The position numbers and the translations under genes are program-made. The notes under the pieces were generated by a model that saw only the letters and a list, made by a program, of their open reading frames with translations, had not been told where the DNA came from and ran no database searches. DNA of 64,000 nt, from contig JBMNJG010000007.1 of NCBI GenBank assembly GCA_050951545.1, positions 384,001 to 448,000 of the forward strand, in the 5' to 3' direction. This document shows positions 47,541 to 56,006 of the stretch, piece by piece. This DNA is from Limnochordia bacterium. GTDB taxonomy: Bacteria; Bacillota; Limnochordia; DTU080. The stretch's first letter is position 1, and every line of letters begins with the position of its first letter.

Positions 47541-49952
47541 TCGATTGGATCCGCTCTCCAGTGCGCGATCACGGCGGGCTCGCTCGGATCCCTCTGCGGA
47601 CCAAAAAGGTGGACGAATACCATGCACCATGCACACCCTCGCGAGACTCGCTCGGTAGTCGGACAGATGCACCCGGATTGGTACGTGAGTCGGGACCAAG
47701 AATCCGACCGTGATGGCAAAAGAGCCGCCTCATTAACCCCCGGGGCCAGTATGCGTGGTAAAAGCGCAGCGATGCGGCCTTCGCGGAGCCCTTTTTGCTC
47801 ATTTTGACCGGCCGAAGGGCTCATTTTCGCGCCCAAGAGCACGCTTTCCCGCCTTGGTGGCCCTTCTGGGGCTACCGGGCAGCACATAACCGAACGGTAG
47901 TGACTGCCTTTTGCCACTCAGTCGATGGGGTAAGCTCTCCAGTGCGCGATCACAGCGGGCTCGCTTGGGTCCCTCTGCGGACCAACCCTTCAGTGTTAAC
48001 CCGGTCGGTGCATTTCGAAAAGGTGGACGAACACCATGCACCATGCACACCCTCGCGAGACTCGCTCGGTAGTCGGACAGATGCACCCGCATTGGCACGC
48101 GAGTCGGGGCCAAGAATCCGACCGTGATGGCAAAAGAGCCGCCCCATTTACCCCCGGGCCCAGTATGTACGTGGTAAAAGCGCAGCGATGCGGCCTTCGC
48201 GGAGCCCTTTTTGCTCATTTTGACCGCCCGAAGGGCTTATTTCCCCGCCAAAAGAGCCGCGCTTTCCCGCCTTGGTGGCGCTTCTGGGGCTGCCGGGCGG
48301 CACATAACCCGAACGGTAGTCGACAGCCTTTTCCCACTCAGCCGATGGGGTCAGCTCCCCAGTGCGCGATCACGGCGGGCTCACTCGGGTCCTCTGCGGA
48401 CCGACCCTTCGGTGTATTTCGAAAAAGGTGGACAGATGCAATGGACGCGCTCGCGAAACAGGCCCTGCAGTCAGACACCAGCCGGATTGGTATGGAGGCC
48501 GGGCTAAGGATGTGGCCGCGATGGCAAGAGAGCCGCCCCATTAACCCCCGAGGCCAGCGTGCGTGGTAAAAGCGCAGCGATGCGGCCTTCGCGGAGCCCT
48601 TTTGGCTGGTTTGGACAGCCTGAAGGGTGCTTTTCGCCGCCTGAGAGCGCGCTTTCCCGCCCTGGTTCCGCTTCTGGAGCCTCCGGGCGGTACATAACCG
48701 GATGGTGACGATACCTTTTTCCCACTCAGTCGATGGGGTCAGCTCCCCAGTGCGGAATCACGGCGGGCTCACTCGGGTCCCTCTGCGGACCCACCTTCAC
48801 TGTTATCCCGGTCGGTGCATTTGGAAGAGAATGGACGGATCAATGGACACGCTCGCGCGACTCGCTCGGTAGTCGAACGGGATTCACCCGCATTGGCATG
48901 CGAGTCGGGACCAAGATCCGACGGCGATGGCAAAAGAGCCGCCTCATTAACCCCCGAGGCCAATGTACGTGGTAAAAGTGCAGCGATGCGGCCTTCGCGG
49001 AGCCCTTTTTGCCGATTTTGACCGCCCGAAGGGCTCATTTCCCCCCAAAAGAGCACGCTTTCTCGCCTTGGTGGCCCTTCTGGGGCTTCCGGACGGTACA
49101 TAACCCGACGGTGGTGATACCTTTTTCCCACTCAGTCGATGGAGTCAGCTCCCCAGTGCGCGATCACGGCGGGCTCACTCGGGTCCCTCTGCGGACCGAC
49201 CCTTCGGTGTTAACCCAGTCGGTGCATTTGGAAAAGATGGACGCATGGACACGCTTGCGAGACTCGCTCGCTCGCCGAACGGGATTTACCCGCATTGGCA
49301 TGCGAGTAGGGGCCAAGAATCCGACCGCCATGGCAAAAGAGCCGCCTCATTAACCCCCGGGGCCAGTATGCGTGGTAAAAGCGCAGCGATGCGGCCTTCG
49401 CGGTGCCCTTTTTGCTCATTTTGATTGCCCGAAGGGCTTATTTCCCCGCCTAAGGCCACGCTTTCTCGCCTTGGTGGCCCCTCTGGGGCTACCGGGCGGT
49501 ACATAACCCGACAGTGTCGATAGCGTTTTCCCACTCAGTCGATGGGGTCAGCTCCCCAGTGCGGAATCACGGCGGGCTCACTCGGGTCCCTCTCCGAACC
49601 GCCCCTTCGGTGTTGCCCTGGTCGGTGTATTTCGAAAAAGGTGGACGAACACCATGCACCATGCACACCCTCGCGAGACTCGCTCGGTAGTCGGACAGAT
49701 GCACCCGCATTGGCATGCGAGTCGGGGCCAAGGATCCGACCGTGATGGCAAAAGAGCCGCCTCATTAACCCCCGGGCCCAATGTACGTGGTAAAAGTGCA
49801 GCGATGCGGCCTTCGCGGAGCCCTTTTGGCTCATTTTGATCGCCCGAAGGGCTCATTTCCCCGCAAAGAGCACGCTTTCCGGCCTTGATGCCTCTTCCGG
49901 AGCTGCCGGACGGTACATAACCGAACAGTGTCGATCGCCTTTTCCCACTCAA
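47541..49952. repeat. Tandem array of six ~380-420 bp imperfect non-coding units
   Basis: Units start at about 47541, 47922, 48342, 48730, 49136, 49539; anchor GAGCCGCC recurs at 47722, 48136, 48530, 48936, 49339, 49754. Confidence 0.95.
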
Positions 49953-50081
49953 ACGATGATCCGAGGGTGAAATGCAATCGACTCCCGGTGGCCTCCGAGT
50001 TTTAGCGGGCAATGCGCGCGTTTTCAGCGAAAGCTGTGGAAGGATTCTGGCCTCACGTACCGAACATCGCATCGAGACAAT

Positions 50082-50095
50082 CGAACACATGATCG
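50082..50095 (+). promoter_or_regulatory. LexA/DinR (Cheo) box candidate
   Basis: CGAACACATGATCG, one mismatch from CGAACRNRYGTTCG, just before the RBS; weaker copy at 50061-50074. Confidence 0.55.
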
Positions 50096-50113
50096 TTGTG
50101 TGAGGTGAGGCCC

Positions 50114-51175
50114 TTGTACTCTCTCTATGTAGATGAGGTGAACGTGCCGCTCTCACTGCTACTGACTCGCGAGCTAAAAGCCAGCGAGAAGATCGTTTGG
50201 ATGGCCTTAACGATGGATGATCAGCTGGAGGAAAGCTTCCTTTTCTCGCCCAGCCGCCTGGGGCGGCGCACGGGTATGTCCCGGCCTACCGTTCGCAGGG
50301 CGACAGCCAAGTTAACCACCGAGGGCTGGTTTGCTCCACCGGCTAGGCGGGGACCTAGCCAGACCGCGGCACAGAAGTCATCCCCGGACAAGGTCTCCGT
50401 GCCTGTCGAGTTAGTCATGGCTACTGAAATCCATGCACAGGCCAAATTGGTTTATGCCCTACTGCTGTCCAAACCTACGGACCCACCTCGCAAAAGGCAG
50501 TTCACATACGCTGAGTTAGCTGGCCGGATGAGTCTGAGCCCCCAAACCATCAAACACGCAGCTCGTCAGTTGGCCAAGCATGGTTGGCTGGAGATGGAGC
50601 AGGCGCACAAGCGGGCACCGATTCGCTTCACTCTCCACAACCCGGTTGATAAGCGAAATGTAAAAGAAATACTAGACGTGCAGGATGAGCTCCAGCGCGC
50701 TACGCACCTCGGAGAGGCTCTCATGCAGGCTATCTTCTTGGCGCTTGTCGATTGCCTTGACTTCGACGACGGAATGCGCCCAGGTTTCATGAGGAACCCA
50801 GCAACTGGCAAGCGTCTGGAGGTCGATCTCTTCTATTACTTGCACAATACGGCCATGGAGTTCAATGGGGCGCAACACTACCGCGTCACGGAGCGGAATT
50901 CGGCTGAGCAGGTCCATAAGCAGCAATGCCGTGACCAGACCAAACAGCAGATCTGCGCCAAGAAGAAGATCAAGCTGATCGTGATTCAGGCTCACGAGCT
51001 GTCCTGCAAGATCATCAAGCGCAAGATTCGCAGGCGGCTGCCATTCCGGCGCGGTCAGGACTTCAACCGGAAGCTCATCAACTATCTCGAGTGTAGATGC
51101 GGTGAGTACCAGCAAAGAATAGATGAACGTGGCTGGGGAACCGCCAGTGAATCTGAGAGAAAGCAAGACGAGTAG
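50114..51175 (+). CDS. Tandem winged-HTH + Vsr/DUF559-like PD-(D/E)XK endonuclease
   Basis: Two homologous HTH halves (LGRRTGMSRPTVRRA..L..EGW / LAGRMSLSPQTIKHA..L..HGW); C-terminal GE...RPGFMRNPATGKRLEVDLF...MEFNGAQHY...QQCRDQTK; RBS GAGGTG + TTG. Confidence 0.75.
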   Translation: MYSLYVDEVNVPLSLLLTRELKASEKIVWMALTMDDQLEESFLFSPSRLGRRTGMSRPTVRRATAKLTTEGWFAPPARRGPSQTAAQKSSPDKVSVPVELVMATEIHAQAKLVYALLLSKPTDPPRKRQFTYAELAGRMSLSPQTIKHAARQLAKHGWLEMEQAHKRAPIRFTLHNPVDKRNVKEILDVQDELQRATHLGEALMQAIFLALVDCLDFDDGMRPGFMRNPATGKRLEVDLFYYLHNTAMEFNGAQHYRVTERNSAEQVHKQQCRDQTKQQICAKKKIKLIVIQAHELSCKIIKRKIRRRLPFRRGQDFNRKLINYLECRCGEYQQRIDERGWGTASESERKQDE

Positions 51176-51471
51176 TCACCCTGGGTCGCCTCGTCCGTTT
51201 CATTAGGGCTCGCATCAGCCGTGCAGCCAATGGTAGTGCGCGTCCACCCGCCGCTGGCTACCCCATTGGCAGCGGATGCGTAGAAAGCGCCTGTAAGCAG
51301 GTTGTTGTTAGGCGCCACAAGCAATCTGGAATGCGTTGGAGCCAACTTAGGGCACAGCAGATGCTAAACGTTGCAGCGTACTCCCACGGTGAACAGTGGG
51401 ACGATTTCTGGGAGAGGCGGGAGGCAGCATGATTAGGAACGGGTGTTCGCCGCGATTTCGCGTGTGCACCC

Positions 51472-51966
51472 TTCGCCGCCGGACAGCTTGACGTCTCGCT
51501 CTCCTACAACAGTGTCATAGCCTTTGGGAAGGCTCATGATCATGTCGTGAATGAAGGCCGCCTTAGCAGCTTCGATCATCTCATCCTCACTAGCTTCAGG
51601 TTGGGCGTAGAGCAGGTTGTCGCGCACGCAGGCATTGAACATGAACACATCCTGAGTCACGATTCCTATTTGCCGGCGTAACGAGGCGAGGGAGACTTGG
51701 CGGACATGACAGCCGTCGATCGTGATGACGCCGTCTTGGATCTCGTACAGCCGGGGTACTAAGTTGGTGATGGTGGTTTTTCCTGCTCCTGAGGGGCCCA
51801 CAAGAGCGACCAGTTGCCCAGTCGGCCGTAAAGGCGCGAAGCAAATGATTGCACCGCGATCACCGTCCCCAAAGAGATCTCACCTTTTGGCGCACAAAGA
51901 TCTTGCTCAGAATGACGCCGCTAATGGGCCCCATCCCATGCCACCACTGCGTCCGCCTAAGCCCAT
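51472..51966 (-). pseudogene. ABC exporter 5' remnant (internally deleted, frameshifted)
   Basis: RBS AGGAGG + MGLGGRSGGMGWGP..stop; TM remnant GEISLGTVIAVQSFASRLYG; then GQLVALVGPSGAGKTT...YDTVVGERDVKLSGGE. Confidence 0.85.
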
Positions 51967-52254
51967 ACCCCTTCCTCCTCTGCAGGTCAGTTCACAACAC
52001 GTAGTTCTGCATCTGCACACCTCGACCTTCTAGCTGCGGATGCAACAAGGTACAATAGGCTATAGGAAGGCCTTTGTTTACGGGAGCCGTAAAGATAGTG
52101 TGCAAAATGCGTTCACGGAGATAGTAAACCACGTGTGGACGTATTGGCTAAACTGTGCAATACTGGGAACATATCCTAGGCTGCAGCATCATGGACGCTC
52201 GACTGGGTCTACGAGCTGAAGAAGGCTGTTCACATGGATGGGAGGCGACAGGCA

Positions 52255-53529
52255 ATGACGAGTATGCGTAGGGTCTCAGGTGTTGTTCTATTGACGGTCT
52301 TGGCTATGGCTTCATTGACGAGTGCTGCTTCGGTAAAGGTAGTGCATGTGATGGCAGATCATGGTGAGCCGTTCTTGCAGTTCCTTCAAGAGCGGGCGCA
52401 GGCTTTCCAAGTCAAGTACCCGGGAGTCGAGGTCGAGGTATTCGCCCAGCAGGCCGATTACACGACCAAAGCTCAGCTTATGATCGCTGCTGGTACGCAG
52501 GTGGACATTCTTGACTCGACACATAGTTTCATGACATTCTCGTTTAACGACGCCCTAGCTGATCTGATGCCCTATGTCAAGGCTGAGAAGATCAACCTCG
52601 ATCGTGATATGCTACCCTTTGCTCAGCTGGTTCTTATGAAGGACGGCAAGCTGTACGGAGTCCCCAGTCAGCTGTACGGTGTCGTGGCCTCCTACAATCG
52701 CACCTATTTCGACGAGATCGGCCTTACTCCGCTGTCCAAACTGGGCGATGCTTGGACGTGGGACTGGTTGCGCAACAATGCGGGGCGCCTTCTCAAGGAT
52801 ATTGATGCTGACGGCGTGCTCGAGACCGGAGCGGTCACGTTCAGCGCTTCGTTCATCAACGTGTCGCCGGCCATCCATCAGGCAGGCGGTAGCATGTTTG
52901 ACAGTTACATTCACCCGCGCTACGTGAATATGACGAACCCAGCGGTGCGCACTGGCCTGGGCTTCTATGCCGAACTGAAGCAGCGCGGCTGGGTCGGCTC
53001 ACAGTCATACTTCACTAAACGCGGCAACGCCATCAACCTGTATGCTACTGGAGCACACAGCTCCAATTTCGTGGTAGACGGTGATGTCTTCGAAGCGGCA
53101 GTCCATCCGAAGGGTCCAGTGCGCCGAGGTGGACAGACCATGTTTGGGCCTTTCCATGTCCCGGCGGCTTCAAAGCAGCAGGAGTGGGCTTTTCGCTGGA
53201 TTGCCTTTCTGGGTATGAGCGAGGAATCACAAGTGAAGATGATGGATGCGACGGGTCGAATACCGGCGCACCCACCGACCCTGCGCAAAATGGCGAACTT
53301 CATGGGTCGCACTGAGCCGCACAAACGCGACTACCTGTTGCAGGTGACGGAGGCCTCAATGCACGCAGATATGTACCCCCATACGCTCACCCAAGCAGAA
53401 GGGGCGATGCGGGCGATATTCGAGCCAGCCTTCAATGAGGTACTTAATGGAAAGCTCGCTCTGGAGAGTTTCCTGGAGAGAATGCAGTCTCAGCTACAGA
53501 TCGAGCTCGATAAGCTGTGGGCGAAATAA
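52255..53529 (+). CDS. Sugar ABC transporter substrate-binding protein
   Basis: Signal peptide; KYPGVEVE, DGKLYGVP, YNRTYFDEIG, WTWD, DIDADG, HPKGP. Confidence 0.85.
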   Translation: MTSMRRVSGVVLLTVLAMASLTSAASVKVVHVMADHGEPFLQFLQERAQAFQVKYPGVEVEVFAQQADYTTKAQLMIAAGTQVDILDSTHSFMTFSFNDALADLMPYVKAEKINLDRDMLPFAQLVLMKDGKLYGVPSQLYGVVASYNRTYFDEIGLTPLSKLGDAWTWDWLRNNAGRLLKDIDADGVLETGAVTFSASFINVSPAIHQAGGSMFDSYIHPRYVNMTNPAVRTGLGFYAELKQRGWVGSQSYFTKRGNAINLYATGAHSSNFVVDGDVFEAAVHPKGPVRRGGQTMFGPFHVPAASKQQEWAFRWIAFLGMSEESQVKMMDATGRIPAHPPTLRKMANFMGRTEPHKRDYLLQVTEASMHADMYPHTLTQAEGAMRAIFEPAFNEVLNGKLALESFLERMQSQLQIELDKLWAK

Positions 53530-53613
53530 GTGTGCTGAGCTTACGGGGATACTAGCGGCAGCTCTCTTGGCTGACCCAAAGGAGCGTGGTCCGTGTCGCT
53601 AGCCAATGCATAA

Positions 53614-53644
53614 GAGACCGCCAGGGCATGGCTCAGGCGGTCTC
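53614..53644 (+). terminator. Probable terminator hairpin
   Basis: GAGACCGCC...GGCGGTCTC; weak U-tract. Confidence 0.5.
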
Positions 53645-53662
53645 ATCACGTATCTGTCGAGC

Positions 53663-53691
53663 TTGACATCATTTCCCTGGAACCGTAGGCT
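53663..53691 (+). promoter_or_regulatory. SigA promoter of helD
   Basis: TTGACA-N17-TAGGCT. Confidence 0.55.
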
Positions 53692-53735
53692 AACGATACA
53701 GGTGCAGGCATCATTGCGGGGAGGATTCGTCGCGG

Positions 53736-56006
53736 ATGGTAGATAGAGGAGACTGGCATGAGGAGATCGCCAGATTGGCCTTTGTGGTCAAGCTAGTAAG
53801 CGATCGACTCGAAGAGACGCGTTCTGTGGTCCGCGAGCAGACTGGTAGCGCCCGAGAGCAGAGACGCTCGATGTGGGAAGACGCCCCTCGTCAGGTGACA
53901 AGTACGGAGGAATGGAGCGAACTCGCTCAGATCACGACCGCTCTCAGGCAACAGGAACGCAACCTGGCGTTTTACAAGCAGCAAGTGCAGCGCCTGGAGC
54001 GGATGCTGGGCGCACCCTACTTTGGACGGATCGATTTCCGGGAATCTGGCACTGAACAAGCAGAGCGCATATACGTTGGCATCGGCGCCCTACATGATCC
54101 AGCCACGGGTGAACTCGAAGTTTTTGACTGGCGGGCTCCCGTCTGCAGTCTTTTCTATGATGCGGAACTTGGTCCGGCGCAGTACGAGTGTCACGATGGC
54201 GTTATTGCTGGTGATGTGACCCTGAAGCGTCAGTTTAGGATCACAGACGCTCATTTGGAGTTCATGTTTGACACTGATCTAAAGATTGATGATGAGATGC
54301 TGCAGGAACTTCTGGGGCGCCAGACGGACGAAAAGATGAGGAGCATCGTCACCAGCATCCAGCGAGAGCAGAACCGAGTGATCCGCGACCAGGATCACGG
54401 TCTGCTTCTGGTCCAGGGTCCGGCTGGCAGCGGCAAGACCGCGATTGCGCTCCACCGCGCGGCCTACCTGCTGTACAAGCATCGCGACAGTCTCAGCGCC
54501 AAAGATATTGTCATCTTCTCACCGAACCGCGTGTTCAGTGACTACATCTCAGCCGTATTGCCGGAGCTTGGCGAGGAGAACGTCCAGCAGACCACTATGC
54601 ACGAGTATGCACTTCAGGAACTGGAGCCTCGATTCCGTGTGGAAGGGGTCTACTCTCAGCTCGAGTACCTTCTTGCTCCGCGGCTTGGCCATGGCTCTTC
54701 CGTGCGCGAGGAGGCTATTTGCTACAAAGCTTCACCCCATTTTCTGAACATGTTGCGCAACTACGTCCGCTTCTTGGAGAGCGGCGGGGCGACTACTTTC
54801 TGGGATGTGGTACACGCCGAGAAGGTGGTCATGTCGAAGGAAGAGATGAAGCGTCTTTATACCGTGAGCTATCGCGATTTGGCGTTGGCCAAGCGCCTCG
54901 AGAAAATTCGGCAGCGTGTGCTGTATCTCTTGGAGCCCTTGGAGGAGGCACGTCGCCTTGAGTGGCGAGAGATACTAACCAGTGGGCCCGATCGCATGTT
55001 TGCGTGGGAGATCAAAAGTGAGAGTCTTCGGCGTACGAAGGAGGAGTTCGCGCCTTTGAAGGCCCGACTCACTGCCTGGGCTTCATGTGACTACTCTCGT
55101 GCGTATCGTCGTCTGTTCAAGGATGCGGCTCTTTCTCGCGAACTGGCAGGTGGACAGGATCCACCTGCGGAGTGGGCGCACATCTGCAGGCAGACGTTGG
55201 CCGCACTGGCCGATAACCGCCTTCCCTATGAAGATGTGGCACCGATGCTGTATCTGAAGCGGGCAGTCGAGGGAGCCCCCATACTCCATTCGGTGCGGCA
55301 TGTTATCGTAGACGAGGGGCAGGATTACACGCCCTTACAGTACGAGGTCTTGGGCATGATATTTCCGCGCTGCAGCCTTACCGTCTTGGGGGATCTGCAT
55401 CAAACGGTTCACCCCTACATGCATGCGAGTAACCATACAGAGATCACTGAAGCGTTGCGCCGTGAAGACAGCACCTTCGTCTGCCTCACAAAAAGCTATC
55501 GCTCGACACAACAGATCATGGAATTCGCTCGCCACCTGCTGACTGAGCCGGATGAGGTGGAGGTAGTGCGGCGTAATGGGCCCAAACCGCTCATGACCTT
55601 CGTGCCGAGTGAAGAAGAGCTCAATGAGACGCTTGTCCATGACCTGGAAGGCCTTCGTGCACGTGGCTATGGCTCCATCGCTGTGCTTTGCAAGACCAAT
55701 GCTGAAGCTCGCTGGGTCCACCATCAGCTACAGGATAGGTTACCAATACACCTGCTTACCGCAGAGGCTGAACACTTCAGAAAGGGCCTGCTTGTGTTGC
55801 CAGCCTATTTGGCCAAGGGACTGGAGTTTGATGCGGTAGTGATCTATGACGCGGGCGCGAACAAGTATCGGGAGGAAGAGGAGAGGGGGCTTCTGTACAC
55901 GGCGTGTACGCGCGCCCTGCACGAGCTGCATGTGTACTATACGGACGAGCTGACCCCTCTTTTCCGCGATCTAGATTCGCAGCTGTTCACGACAGAATCA
56001 GGTTGA
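53736..56006 (+). CDS. helD: RNA polymerase recycling motor / helicase-like ATPase HelD
   Basis: PYFGRIDF, DWRAP, IVTSIQREQN, QGPAGSGKT.IALHR.AYLLY, DEGQD, KSYRST, KGLEFD, YTACTRA. Confidence 0.92.
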   Translation: MVDRGDWHEEIARLAFVVKLVSDRLEETRSVVREQTGSAREQRRSMWEDAPRQVTSTEEWSELAQITTALRQQERNLAFYKQQVQRLERMLGAPYFGRIDFRESGTEQAERIYVGIGALHDPATGELEVFDWRAPVCSLFYDAELGPAQYECHDGVIAGDVTLKRQFRITDAHLEFMFDTDLKIDDEMLQELLGRQTDEKMRSIVTSIQREQNRVIRDQDHGLLLVQGPAGSGKTAIALHRAAYLLYKHRDSLSAKDIVIFSPNRVFSDYISAVLPELGEENVQQTTMHEYALQELEPRFRVEGVYSQLEYLLAPRLGHGSSVREEAICYKASPHFLNMLRNYVRFLESGGATTFWDVVHAEKVVMSKEEMKRLYTVSYRDLALAKRLEKIRQRVLYLLEPLEEARRLEWREILTSGPDRMFAWEIKSESLRRTKEEFAPLKARLTAWASCDYSRAYRRLFKDAALSRELAGGQDPPAEWAHICRQTLAALADNRLPYEDVAPMLYLKRAVEGAPILHSVRHVIVDEGQDYTPLQYEVLGMIFPRCSLTVLGDLHQTVHPYMHASNHTEITEALRREDSTFVCLTKSYRSTQQIMEFARHLLTEPDEVEVVRRNGPKPLMTFVPSEEELNETLVHDLEGLRARGYGSIAVLCKTNAEARWVHHQLQDRLPIHLLTAEAEHFRKGLLVLPAYLAKGLEFDAVVIYDAGANKYREEEERGLLYTACTRALHELHVYYTDELTPLFRDLDSQLFTTESG

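Larger units (their letters stand above)
47541..51471. mobile_element. ~3.93 kb insertion carrying a tandem-repeat array and an HTH-nuclease gene; no transposase or integrase recognised
   Basis: Removing it rejoins GGC GGC GAA | AAA CAG CGT (LSGGE-KQR) in frame. Confidence 0.8.

Noticed and set aside
47178-47699. Intact 173-aa ABC protein as listed in the ORF track
   Set aside because: Its N-terminal part is translated repeat DNA; only 47540-47178 is ABC-derived.
47541-49952. CRISPR array
   Set aside because: The period is ~400 bp with homology across the whole unit, there are no unique 30-40 bp spacers, and no cas genes are in the window.
47513-50156. Recurrent short ORFs in the array (MSKKGSAKAASLRFYH..., MHHAHPRETR...)
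   Set aside because: They are by-products of the repeat. Indels shift the frame between units, products diverge after frameshifts, and no consistent RBS was seen.
47541-51471. Self-splicing group I/II intron or intein
   Set aside because: Host-strand ends (GGGTGCAC...AATCGA) do not fit GUGYG...AY or U|...G, no RT/maturase is present, the ORF is antisense to the host, and the host gene is otherwise broken.
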